A stretch of DNA of 64,000 nucleotides from Epithemia pelagica (lineage: Eukaryota; Protista; Bacillariophyta), in NCBI GenBank assembly GCA_946965045.2, contig OX337241.1, positions 1,488,001-1,552,000 of the forward strand, written 5' to 3'. Shown here in pieces: positions 1 to 9,956 of the stretch. A model generated the notes under the pieces. The model saw only the letters and a list, made by a program, of their open reading frames with translations. It ran no database searches and had not been told where the DNA came from. How positions within the stretch are numbered: the first letter of the stretch is position 1; the number at the start of each line of letters is the position of its first letter. Position numbers and translations under genes: made by a program.

Positions 1-75
1 TGACGTTAAACTCGAAGTCGCCGAACCCTCCATGTCGCTTGTCATGGTATCGTCTCCTGGTACATCGGCTGTTTC

Positions 76-684
76 TTAACGGGTGGACCTTGGTTGTCTC
101 ATTTCCACCTCAATTTCTTGGTTGTGAAGGACCTCGTGGATATTGGAAGGTCGCAACACGTTGTATTGATGAGATCGTTGTCGTTGCTGTTCATGTCGTC
201 GATACAGTTGTTCTCGCTGCTTCCGACGAGAACGAGAAGACGAGGCAATAGACGCCGGCGACGACCTGGTTTTCTCCAACACTTCAGTTTGGGAATAGAT
301 ACTTTTATTCGTATCCATTGTGTTGTGAGCAATCTCACCGTTATTGGGGTGCACACGTCGTTTGCTCCGAGCAATACTACTTGATGATTCCCTCTCTTTA
401 TTCGTATCCATTGTGTTGTGAGCAATCTCACCGTTGTTGGGGTGCACACGTCGTTTGCTCCGAGCAATACTACTTGATGATTCCCTCTCTTCCGCCCGTT
501 GCTGTGCGGCCTCGAGTGTTTCGAGACGTCGGGGCGAACACGACCGAGCCCGAATCAGGGTATATTCTCGTTTCTCCTTGCGGCCTCGAGTCGGCGACAC
601 ACTCCTGCCGACTGAGCATCTTCGAGAGGAGCGTGTCCGAACCGATGCCGCGTCATTCAACTCTTCTCTCCCCCGACGAACCAC
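76..684 (-). CDS. Possible hypothetical protein or gene remnant (R/S-rich)
   Basis: 202-aa ORF with an in-frame duplication and no recognisable motif. It may be a fragment. Confidence 0.2.
   Translation of the reverse strand: MVRRGREELNDAASVRTRSSRRCSVGRSVSPTRGRKEKREYTLIRARSCSPRRLETLEAAQQRAEERESSSSIARSKRRVHPNNGEIAHNTMDTNKERESSSSIARSKRRVHPNNGEIAHNTMDTNKSIYSQTEVLEKTRSSPASIASSSRSRRKQREQLYRRHEQQRQRSHQYNVLRPSNIHEVLHNQEIEVEMRQPRSTR
304..489. repeat. 93-bp tandem duplication (2 copies, 1 mismatch)
   Basis: Units 304-396 and 397-489 differ only at ttAttgg/ttGttgg. The 31-codon period preserves the frame of minus-strand ORF 76..684 (ERESSSSIARSKRRVHPNNGEIAHNTMDTNK twice). Confidence 0.95.
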
Positions 685-1435
685 CGATTTGATGGATGCG
701 GCCGAGGAGACAACGTGTAGTTTCTTTCGGGTTCACTGGACTCGGCCAGGGGCGACGTACTGGGCAGGACAATTGTCAAGGCTGAAGCCGTTACCGCCGA
801 CTTGTTGTCGTCAATATCGATCGACCGGCCACGCCGGACTGCTGCCTGAGAGTTGCGATTGCGCCCATTCTTTCGAGAGGAACCCCGTGTATGTGTGGTT
901 CGTTGACTGGCAATGCTTTTGCTCGACGAGTGTTTGACTCCCGGACCCGATGATACCGATCCTTCCTCGTCGTAGGTCGTTTTGTTGTGTCTATGTTTTA
1001 ACCACATGATACTCCACCTTGTGTCCTTTTGGAATGACAGCGTCACCAACCAACGGCAATATAACTTTAAAACACGTGGTCAACAGTGTCCAGCAAGAAG
1101 AGAATGAAGGAACAATTCAACAAACTGACATGAGTGATAACGAATCGATTAACGCGAACAGTCGAGTGCCTCTTGTCATTCACCGTCCAGCGATGATTCT
1201 GAAATCAACTCTCTTTCTTCAATCGTTATCTCAGGAACCTTTGACTTGAAAGCAATAATAATAATAACTCATGGATTAGTTTAATAACTGCCAAAGGCTT
1301 TAACGTCGCTTGCTACCCAAAGGGAGCCGTAGCCCGCCCGGACAAGTCGACCAAACAAAAGAAAAAACACATGCAATAGAATCGTAAAAACATAAAAAGG
1401 GAAAGGAACTCCAGGGGCAGCCAAAAAACAATATC

Positions 1436-4400
1436 TTACTCATGGCTGCCACCGGAGCGGTAGAAGAAGGTCCGGAGACACCGTTGTTGTCGGCGCAGAG
1501 CGCGCGAAGCAGCCGAGGCAACGGGTGTAGAAAGCCGGCGAAGAAACGCCAGCTGGATGTGTTGGGGATCCTGGAGACGGGAGTCCAAAGGACGTCGGAA
1601 CAACAACCGATAAGCAGGGGAGGAACGTAGCGGCCCCGAGTACGCGTCCCGAATGGCGGCGCAGCGTTCCTCGGAGAGGCGCTGGGCCTCCTGGGAGTGG
1701 AAGACGGCGTTCCTATGCTCCCATTGATCCCACGCTGTATTCCACAATTGTTGAATAAGGAGGGACAACCAGCGCTTGCCTGAATTTCGCTTGCCTAAGA
1801 AGCGGTAGTGTGCTTCTTGGATTTCGGCCCAACGCCAGGACCAGTGGCCTAAAACTGCCGTGTTCCAACCCAACTCCTCCTGATCTGCTAGTGCGGCGCG
1901 GAGACCGGGGACCGATGTAAAAGGAGCCTCCCAAGAGACGTCGTCGACCCACGCCCGAAGTGCCTGAAGAATCATACGAGCCATCGCGGGTTGTGTATGC
2001 CGTAACGCGAGCCACCGATCCAAATCATCCAGTGCAGCATACCACCGGGATTTGGCGTCAGCGTGAGAACACGTGAGCACGTGATCCGCGGTTTCCACCG
2101 CTACTCCGCAACGAGGACACGTCGGCTGACGCCATTTGCGTCGTCGCACCATCTCGACCCCGACGGCAGACCGGTTGGCCGTATGCTTGATGATCCAATG
2201 CCTGCGGCTCTGAGAAACCTCCCGAAGTGCCAATTCCCGCGCGGACCAATCCACAGTTGAAGGCGAACTCGTACCGAAACGGTCCAGTTTATCCCAGTGG
2301 GCTAGAGTAGGGGGTCCGAGAACGTGGTTGCGAAGGGACGACGCCAAATCGGAGACAACTTCGGTATCCCCAATAAGGACCGGGGGAATAAGACCAGGGG
2401 CGAAAGACGAAAAGCAATCAACTGGCACCCTGGAATAGACCTCCGCAGCACAGAAATCCGCATAAACATTCCGGCTCGCCCAGATATCAAGCTGAGAACT
2501 GTCGCGATCCTGGTGCCCCTTAACATGTTTTCCGTGCCACGTGATAGACGGCGTGCAGTCCAACAGAGAACGACAAACCGACACCAAATCCCAGCTGTGA
2601 TCAGCCGTCGTAGCAGGTGACGGACGACGAAAGAGGCGACTCAACACGGCGTCGCTATCGGTGGCAAAAGTAATGGTACCACCCAAACCTGGGGCAAACC
2701 GCACCAATTGGGCCACCACGGTTGCGATCCCAATCAACCCTGACAACTCGCTACGAAACGAACACTGTGCGGTTGGCGGACCCGATACCCGGAAGCCAGC
2801 CATAATTGCGGCAAGCTCAGTCGCATTGGTGGCGAGGCCCCAGGCGCATGTACCAGATTGGCCCGCAATAGCGGACCCATCGGAAAACGCGGCCAACTGG
2901 CCCTCCGCGACTGCAGTACAAAGGAGAGTAAAGGACTCCGGAGTAGGAGGGATGAACCACACGGGTGCAACCTGCTGGATGATATCATGCTGCCAACTGA
3001 GGGAACGGGCACTCCGCGGCAGAGCTGGCCAGGCATCGCGCACTTGAACCGGGAGACGATCGCAGGTGAGGAGAATGGGGGAGTTGGTAGGTCCGTAGAC
3101 ATCCGCCGCAAAAATTGGTGGGCAAAGAGCAAGAGACGCCACCGAAATACGGTCATCAGTTGCTCGGAAAACCGGGCGTCCGCGGGCGCGGGGTTGCTCA
3201 ATGGCTACGCGCCATATGCCCGCATCGCAAGGAACGAAAAGCCGATTCCATTGGGGACAGAACAACACAAGCGAACCTTGCACTAGAGGCCAATTCCAGG
3301 AACCCAGCGTAGAGGTTAATCGTCGGAATCGAGGGTCTACTCCAAAAGTGGCCACTAGGGCTTCCCTCCATTCGGTCCAGGCCAGTGCCCCCGACGGGGG
3401 GGAGCGAGGCCACCACTCCAGAAAAGGACGTCTGCTGCACGGCGCGGAGCCATGCCACGCGGCTAACAAAATACATGAGCCGTCCACGGAAACGATATCC
3501 GCCAAAGTAACAGCCTTAATGAACATCCGACAGGCGTTCAAACGGGCGAGGACTTCTGGATGCCGGAAACCGTGACGCCAAAAAGCGTCCATAAGGAACT
3601 GGTCGCCTTCCCGCAAGGGAAGGAGGGGCGATATCGGGGAAGGGAGAGAAATCGAATAACGAGAGCAAGCAGACCAAAGGTGAGTACACCAGGAGGATAC
3701 GGCACATCGATGCCACACGGCAAAGGGGAGAGAAAAAGGGTGCGTTGAAGAACCAAGTTCGACTTGAAGAAACTCTAATGAATTGCGCAGAAGAAAGCCA
3801 GTGATGGAAGAAAAGGACCAACCAAAATTTAGAAACGCCGTGATATGAGCTAGGCACTGTTCAACAAACAGATCGGGGACAGCAAAACCTCCTGCTGATG
3901 CCGGCCCGTGGACCACCGCCCGAGGCATTGACCGTACTATGTGAGAACGGCTAAGGCCAATCTGGAACAAAGGCGTACACAAGGACCGGCACTCCGATTC
4001 GGTGAACGTCGTTGCAGCCAAAGGGTAGGTCAGTGTTTTGAAAATCCCGGTGTGAAGCGACAACCAAACTAAGCGATGGGGAAGCCGGCGAATGCGGATG
4101 CGTTCGGTCCAATGGCGGATCTTACCCTGGAGATATTGGTACTCAGCTGTCATTGATCCGTCGGGCGCGGTCCAAACCCCAAGGGTTTTCCTGGCCTCAT
4201 TTGGCGGGACGCGTTCGATAGGAACCACCCGACCCGAGGGAGACCGGATCCTGAGAGGTGCATCCGCAGCCGATGGGGGAACAAGGCGCCACTGTCCGTC
4301 TGACCAGCGATAGTCGATCAGGTACCAATGGCACTTGGCCGGAGACAGGGCGCCACCAGACGCACGCAGGGACGCTTCCCAAAAATTGGCACTTTCTTGA

Positions 4401-7261
4401 AGCCGGGCAGCCACTGTGGCGGCCGTCGCCGTAGGATCCACATCATTAATTACGAGGTCTGTGTCGTCCACAAACGCGTAGCCAACGAAAAGGAAGGATG
4501 AACCAGACCCAGGGGATTTTAAGTACAAACCGTAGCCCCGTTGCCGCATGGCATTGAAGATTGGAGTACTTACTACCGCCCAAATCGCTGGGCCGGCACC
4601 GTTACCCTGTCCAATGCCTTGCACCGGCACCTCATGGCCGTCCGCAGAGAAAGACGTCGTTGAGTTGCCATAGACAGTACGAATGTAATGGCGCAGGCGT
4701 TGAATAGGGCCCAAAGAAGACTCTACCAACGGCGGAGGAACCCCACATCGCTGCATAGCCAAACCCGCGGAGCTATGACCAATACGGTCATAACAAGATT
4801 TCGCGTCATTGGAGCATAACCCACCAGGCCTCCGCGTCTGACGAAGAAGGTCAAAAGTCAGGACCTTATTCAGACATTGGTAGATGGCGCTATGACCTTT
4901 CCGGCTTCCGTACTGTTCAGGAGCCAGGAGGTTATTCGCTTCAGCGAAACGCATCATTGCGCGGCCCATAAGTTTATTGTTGTGGTTAAAGTCACACTCG
5001 TATAACAAAATAGTGCGTAGTTTGGATACTTTCGTAACGCCCGGCTTCTTCTCGAGCATGACGTTCAAGCCTTGCTGCCAACGCCGTGGAAGATAGCCGG
5101 TAATCGTAGGAATGCGACTCATCGCCGCATCCACGGCGCCAAGGGCAGGAGACAGGCTATTCGCCATGAAGTGGCCGAAGTGTAAGCCGGACGGTCCCGT
5201 CGCTGTGAACTCATCCATCTTTTGCCAGGTAGCGCTATACGTGGCCGTGCGGAAATCCAGGTCAAAAGGGTGTGGAGCAACCAAGACGGACGGCCGACGG
5301 TGCTGAGCAAGGTAGGCAGTTGCCTCGGGGGAGATCAGCGGAGAAACAGGAGAAACAATACCATCATCCAAGAGCGCTTGAGCACTGGGTGACGTGCCAG
5401 TCGGGCCAAGGATAGAAACTACTTCCGGGTGGAGCAAATCCGTATCCGAGGCTTGACGAAAACGGCGGTCATTCTCGGTTAAACAGCCTTCTTCCATACC
5501 GGCCCGATCTGACCTTGTGGCCCAAGCACCAGTCCATTCCCCATCTTCCCAACTTCCTTCGCCCACGGGCACCTCTACCGACGACAAACCCTTGCGAGAA
5601 CTGGGAGATAGGACGTGACGAAGCAGGCGCGCATCGGCGCGTTGTTGTTCCCGACGAACCATGTTCGATAACCCCGATACAGCCGAGTCCCATCCCTCCG
5701 CGGCCCGGGCGTCCACCAAGGACGCAAGGAAAGCGCGCCGCGCCTGAGGGGCATTCCGCTTTAACCGTTTGTAGTTCTGCCAAGCGTCGGAACGATGGAG
5801 CAAAACCTCTTCGGGTGGCATGGAATGAGGCATGTCAAGACCTGCTTTGTGTGCGAGGCGTTGGAGAAACTTCCGACTGATGTGACGACCAATGGTGAAC
5901 GCATAGAAGCGGTCCCAAAAACGATGCACAGCAAGGGCGTGGGAAAGAACCGGAGACCAAGGAACGGAGCCAGTGCGCAACTTCCGACACTTCCGGTCGG
6001 CCAAAAAGATACCCTGTACCCGCAGCGAATCAAGGGCTTCCCATTCGCATGCCTGGGCCGCGGTGAGCGGACCGTTGATCGATGATTCTAAAGCGAAAGT
6101 CCGTGCCGGGATGTCGTGTTGTTGGTAAAATTCATCGAGCGTAGCCTGATAGCGCCGGACAACACGCGGGTCACGACATTGAAGACGCCGAGCAACGCGC
6201 GGCTGAACCGGGCACGAAGCAACACCAAAAACATCAAGCAAGGGAATATCCAGCCACAAAGCGCGATGGTCCCCGGGAGCTTCGCCAAACGGACAGTACC
6301 CCCCGCATCCACCCTGGAGAGACGCCGTCGATCCAAACATTGCGTCGATTGGCCGAGATCCTCTGTTGTGGGTCTGGGGTGCCGAAGCACGATCGTGACG
6401 GACAAAGTGTAGATTGGTCATGTCATACGGAGCCGCTAACGCATCCAACGGGTTACCAGGAGACCAGAGTTGTGGTTCGTTTGCATCGAGCGCTAACAGG
6501 ATCTGATCCCCAGTTGCATACGCTTCCTTGAGCAACGCATCTAGATCATCCAGAAAGAGTTGTCGAGGATCGCCCTGTCGAGGCGGTTGTTGCGTCTCGA
6601 AGAAACGAGCGTGTTGTGACCAGGTGGAGCCCGCTTCCCGGGGGTTACTGACAGGACGGTAAGCACTAAGAATTCGAAGCATGGAACCGTTATGACCACG
6701 CATCCGAATCCATACCCAGCGGCCCAGCCCAGAGGAGTCGATTCCCGACCCGCAGATGCGTCCGGTGTGACTATCCCGCACCAAAATCGCCACTCCTCCA
6801 CGTTGGAAAGTCGAAGCCAAGTCGGGGTCACGATAGGAGGCCACCTTGCAATAAACAGAATGAAACCAAGGGCGAACAGTGTGGACCAGTTGTTGGGCCT
6901 CAGGAAGGTTATGCCAGGCCACGTTGAGTTCCGACATACACAGCACATCGACCGAATAGTCTAGTAGGAAATTTTGCAGTTCATCGTATTTAGGATGTTG
7001 TGCCGACAGAGGCAAGCCAGACACGTTCTGAGCCACGACCCTGAGGACGGTGTCAGACGGGGAAGGGTCCAGCGGGTCGCCCCACCATTCCAAGTCGGAG
7101 GACGGGGGCAAACCCTCGGGGGTCCTTGAGGTCATCCTCTCGGTGTCCCGGGTCGCAAGGTTCGAGCGCCGGGACGAGGTCGTAGGACTAATGGTCCTGC
7201 CCCGTCGCCGTGGTAGGGGCCGACGGGGAAGTCCGAGAGGAGAAGGAGAGGGCTGAGGCAT
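1436..7261 (-). CDS. Retrotransposon ORF2: AP endonuclease + reverse transcriptase + RNase H + C-terminal CCHC knuckle, 1941 aa
   Basis: APE motifs QNVSG, CMSELN, ALDANE, SRPID, PGDHRAL. RT motifs KLRTILLYE, QYGSR, SNDAKSCYDRI, GIGQGNGAGP, AFVDD. RNase H motifs FSDGS, RSELSG, TDS, HVKGHQD, NVYAD. Zn knuckle CPRC...ETADHVLTC. Confidence 0.97.
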   Translation of the reverse strand: MPQPSPSPLGLPRRPLPRRRGRTISPTTSSRRSNLATRDTERMTSRTPEGLPPSSDLEWWGDPLDPSPSDTVLRVVAQNVSGLPLSAQHPKYDELQNFLLDYSVDVLCMSELNVAWHNLPEAQQLVHTVRPWFHSVYCKVASYRDPDLASTFQRGGVAILVRDSHTGRICGSGIDSSGLGRWVWIRMRGHNGSMLRILSAYRPVSNPREAGSTWSQHARFFETQQPPRQGDPRQLFLDDLDALLKEAYATGDQILLALDANEPQLWSPGNPLDALAAPYDMTNLHFVRHDRASAPQTHNRGSRPIDAMFGSTASLQGGCGGYCPFGEAPGDHRALWLDIPLLDVFGVASCPVQPRVARRLQCRDPRVVRRYQATLDEFYQQHDIPARTFALESSINGPLTAAQACEWEALDSLRVQGIFLADRKCRKLRTGSVPWSPVLSHALAVHRFWDRFYAFTIGRHISRKFLQRLAHKAGLDMPHSMPPEEVLLHRSDAWQNYKRLKRNAPQARRAFLASLVDARAAEGWDSAVSGLSNMVRREQQRADARLLRHVLSPSSRKGLSSVEVPVGEGSWEDGEWTGAWATRSDRAGMEEGCLTENDRRFRQASDTDLLHPEVVSILGPTGTSPSAQALLDDGIVSPVSPLISPEATAYLAQHRRPSVLVAPHPFDLDFRTATYSATWQKMDEFTATGPSGLHFGHFMANSLSPALGAVDAAMSRIPTITGYLPRRWQQGLNVMLEKKPGVTKVSKLRTILLYECDFNHNNKLMGRAMMRFAEANNLLAPEQYGSRKGHSAIYQCLNKVLTFDLLRQTRRPGGLCSNDAKSCYDRIGHSSAGLAMQRCGVPPPLVESSLGPIQRLRHYIRTVYGNSTTSFSADGHEVPVQGIGQGNGAGPAIWAVVSTPIFNAMRQRGYGLYLKSPGSGSSFLFVGYAFVDDTDLVINDVDPTATAATVAARLQESANFWEASLRASGGALSPAKCHWYLIDYRWSDGQWRLVPPSAADAPLRIRSPSGRVVPIERVPPNEARKTLGVWTAPDGSMTAEYQYLQGKIRHWTERIRIRRLPHRLVWLSLHTGIFKTLTYPLAATTFTESECRSLCTPLFQIGLSRSHIVRSMPRAVVHGPASAGGFAVPDLFVEQCLAHITAFLNFGWSFSSITGFLLRNSLEFLQVELGSSTHPFSLPFAVWHRCAVSSWCTHLWSACSRYSISLPSPISPLLPLREGDQFLMDAFWRHGFRHPEVLARLNACRMFIKAVTLADIVSVDGSCILLAAWHGSAPCSRRPFLEWWPRSPPSGALAWTEWREALVATFGVDPRFRRLTSTLGSWNWPLVQGSLVLFCPQWNRLFVPCDAGIWRVAIEQPRARGRPVFRATDDRISVASLALCPPIFAADVYGPTNSPILLTCDRLPVQVRDAWPALPRSARSLSWQHDIIQQVAPVWFIPPTPESFTLLCTAVAEGQLAAFSDGSAIAGQSGTCAWGLATNATELAAIMAGFRVSGPPTAQCSFRSELSGLIGIATVVAQLVRFAPGLGGTITFATDSDAVLSRLFRRPSPATTADHSWDLVSVCRSLLDCTPSITWHGKHVKGHQDRDSSQLDIWASRNVYADFCAAEVYSRVPVDCFSSFAPGLIPPVLIGDTEVVSDLASSLRNHVLGPPTLAHWDKLDRFGTSSPSTVDWSARELALREVSQSRRHWIIKHTANRSAVGVEMVRRRKWRQPTCPRCGVAVETADHVLTCSHADAKSRWYAALDDLDRWLALRHTQPAMARMILQALRAWVDDVSWEAPFTSVPGLRAALADQEELGWNTAVLGHWSWRWAEIQEAHYRFLGKRNSGKRWLSLLIQQLWNTAWDQWEHRNAVFHSQEAQRLSEERCAAIRDAYSGPLRSSPAYRLLFRRPLDSRLQDPQHIQLAFLRRLSTPVASAASRALRRQQRCLRTFFYRSGGSHE

Positions 7262-9956
7262 TTGTCAGTTGAGCAAGTTGGGAACGGAGATCTTGTGTTT
7301 GAGGAGTGTCTGGAAGCGAAGAAATAACAGATTGGAGCGAGGTCAAAAAGCCAGTCAAGGCAGGGGCTATTGCGGGAGGAACGGACGGGGAAGACAAGGA
7401 GGAAGCCGTGGTTGCTGCGCCAGGGTCAGGGGGATCACGAGTATTGGTGGAGCGTGACCCAGTACTGGCAGTAGACGCCAAGGACGTGCCCTGGGGGAGA
7501 GTGGAGACACTATCGGTATCTCCGGCAGCATCATGAGGACGAACCAATGAGCGCGTGACAGAAGTGGCCAGAGTGGAAGCTGGGGTAGCATCATCACCGA
7601 AACCGGAGCAGTCAAGCTCGCCATCTCCCGAATCGAAAACCCACCCGTTATAGTCGTCCGCCGGGGAGTCAACCGTCATCGTTGTTGGATTCCACACGGC
7701 TCCGACCGCCCGATCGAGGGCATCCTTGCTAAAATGACAATACAAGGAACGGGCAAAAAATCGCTCCCTCTCCACGTCCGACAAATCAGGCACCTCTTGC
7801 GCCATCTTCCAACGCAAATACGGAATCAATGCGATAATCATCGCCCTCGCTTCGTCTTCACGAGCGGGATGAAAAGCGAATTGCATCGCGCCTTCGCCCA
7901 CATGGCTCGGGTCCACGGTGTGGAAGAGCTGGTGACCGTCAGCAGAGCTCCGGATAGCCATCAAGCGGGAACGCAGAGTGAATTGAGTCTCCTGGTCTGG
8001 CTGGTCAATGGAGTGTAACTCCCAGGTCCGCATCCCCCGCATGTGGGTGCAAAACTGGAGCTGACGCAGGCGCAAGGCAGCCACCTTCTCGCGGGTGCGG
8101 AGGTTCATGACGTCCGACAGCGGCCAAACTAAACGCATCTTGATGCCAAGGGGGAACGCCGTTGCGGTCCGTGCGTAGAGGTCGGCCAACCGACGCTTGG
8201 CCTCTCGTTTGTGGGTGCGATTAACCTCGAAGTGCAAGGCCTTAGCCATCTGATCGGCTGGGATAGAACCTGATTGACCCGTCTGGATGGTGCGCCAACG
8301 AATACCAAGGGGGAAACCAAGCGCCTCTTCCAAAACCTTTTTTAACGCCGGGATGTCGATCGATTGCAGGGAGTTCAGGCCCCATCCCACAATGTACGTG
8401 GATTCACACTGAAGTTGGCGAGTCCATAAGCCATGACGCTCGCTCTGGAACCACCACGACAGGTCCGTTTTCAAATCCTCAAACGTCCGGGAATGTCCGA
8501 GATGGACCGATGGGTACACGAAACCGCCAGTAGGGCGAGGCAAAGCCCGCGGGAAATACCGTCGAAGGCCTTCCATCGTCGCCGGAATGTCATCCGGTTT
8601 AGAGATGGCCCGCCAGCGGCGACTGCCATTTTGCTGCGTCGTGTTGTCGCGGTCGGACCAGGGGTGAATAACAAGGGACGCGTCGTACTCCTTGATCTTC
8701 GCAAAGAACGCCACCAGGGTCGCCCGGAGCTCGGCATCGGCATTACTCGACGGAGCAAGTTGCAGACGCATTTCATATCGCACTTCAATGGGGCGCGTCG
8801 GAAGTAGCTCCGTGCGTAAGTAGGGATTAGCCTGTTGGACAGTGCGGCTCGGGGCTCGGGGTTGGGCGCGAACAATCGACGTGGGAGGTTGTGCGGTTCC
8901 CACTTCAGCTGGGACCGAGATAGCAACCGGCTGATTGACAAATAACTGGGTAAAGGAACCTTCGGTGTTATCCGTCGCGACCGTGATGGCATCGGAGACA
9001 TCCATCGCTGCCGTAGTGCCTGCCTCGGTGTCCGGGGGAGGCGCCGTCGCCGCGTCCACGCCAGACTCCACGTCTTCCTGACGAGTACGTTCTTGGAGTG
9101 CCTGGACCTCGGCATTGAGCAACGCCTGAAAACTACCTTGGTGAGGGGAAGTCGTCGAAGGTTGCGAGGACGAGGATGAATGAGCACGACGCGGTAGGGC
9201 CTGGAGAGTACTCGGGGGCACGGCGTCCAAGGCGGTGGCTGTCGAGACCGCCGACGCAGCAGATTGAGAACGAGTGGTGACTCCATCGGTAACCAACCTT
9301 GCTTCAACCATAGGGACATCAGCTGGAGACGACGACCGAGATTGACGAGAAGCTGGAGAACGTCCTCCGCGCCCAGCACGACCAGTGTTGAACGGGCTTC
9401 GGCCACTCGAACGACCACCCCGACCCGTAGCTGGAAGTCCCTGGGAGGGAGACGAAGGTGCAGAACTGGCGGATCGTCGATTCCTTGACGATCGGCGTGG
9501 TGTGCCCCGACCTGAAGATGACTCCAAGCGAGAAGCTGATCGACGGGCCCGCGAGTTGGGAGGAGACCGAGGCGGCCGCGACGGAGCAAGGGCCGAGACG
9601 TGAGGCGAAGAATCCAGAATAGGGTCGGCTGGATCGTCTCGCGACGGGGCCTGGTCGACATCCATGGTCGTTGGACCAACGGGGCGCTGCTGTGTGGAAG
9701 ACGAATTCCGAGCGGGGGACGACGAAATAGATTGGGTCGTCCGCTGTGGGGACCCACGTGCAGCCGCTGAGTTGTGCGTAATGCGTTGGGTAGATCGAGC
9801 AGCCTGCGAAGTTGGATTGGATGCAGCCGCTGGTGTCGCCGAAAAGAACTGGGTGACGTTGGATTGAACCACCGAGGAGAAGGTCGGTGGAGAGGCCCCG
9901 GGGACGCGACCATGGGAGGAACGGCCAGAGGACGGCGTAGAACGGCGAGAGGCCAT
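7188..9956 (-). CDS. Retrotransposon ORF1 (922 aa; S/R/P-rich N-half, globular C-half)
   Basis: Lies upstream of ORF2 inside the TSD-bounded element. First ATG at 9956 (MASRRSTP); the track start at 10070 is a TTG within the TSD. Overlaps ORF2 by 74 nt in another frame. Confidence 0.88.
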   Translation of the reverse strand: MASRRSTPSSGRSSHGRVPGASPPTFSSVVQSNVTQFFSATPAAASNPTSQAARSTQRITHNSAAARGSPQRTTQSISSSPARNSSSTQQRPVGPTTMDVDQAPSRDDPADPILDSSPHVSALAPSRPPRSPPNSRARRSASRLESSSGRGTPRRSSRNRRSASSAPSSPSQGLPATGRGGRSSGRSPFNTGRAGRGGRSPASRQSRSSSPADVPMVEARLVTDGVTTRSQSAASAVSTATALDAVPPSTLQALPRRAHSSSSSQPSTTSPHQGSFQALLNAEVQALQERTRQEDVESGVDAATAPPPDTEAGTTAAMDVSDAITVATDNTEGSFTQLFVNQPVAISVPAEVGTAQPPTSIVRAQPRAPSRTVQQANPYLRTELLPTRPIEVRYEMRLQLAPSSNADAELRATLVAFFAKIKEYDASLVIHPWSDRDNTTQQNGSRRWRAISKPDDIPATMEGLRRYFPRALPRPTGGFVYPSVHLGHSRTFEDLKTDLSWWFQSERHGLWTRQLQCESTYIVGWGLNSLQSIDIPALKKVLEEALGFPLGIRWRTIQTGQSGSIPADQMAKALHFEVNRTHKREAKRRLADLYARTATAFPLGIKMRLVWPLSDVMNLRTREKVAALRLRQLQFCTHMRGMRTWELHSIDQPDQETQFTLRSRLMAIRSSADGHQLFHTVDPSHVGEGAMQFAFHPAREDEARAMIIALIPYLRWKMAQEVPDLSDVERERFFARSLYCHFSKDALDRAVGAVWNPTTMTVDSPADDYNGWVFDSGDGELDCSGFGDDATPASTLATSVTRSLVRPHDAAGDTDSVSTLPQGTSLASTASTGSRSTNTRDPPDPGAATTASSLSSPSVPPAIAPALTGFLTSLQSVISSLPDTPQTQDLRSQLAQLTNASALSFSSRTSPSAPTTATGQDH

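Noticed and set aside
1019-1255. Host gene interrupted by the LINE
   Set aside because: Joining 1255 to 10071 gave no long open frame in the frames I translated on either strand.
8471-9913. 480-aa ORF overlapping ORF1 in another frame
   Set aside because: Shadow of GC-rich low-complexity ORF1 sequence; Arg/Pro/Leu-rich with no motif.
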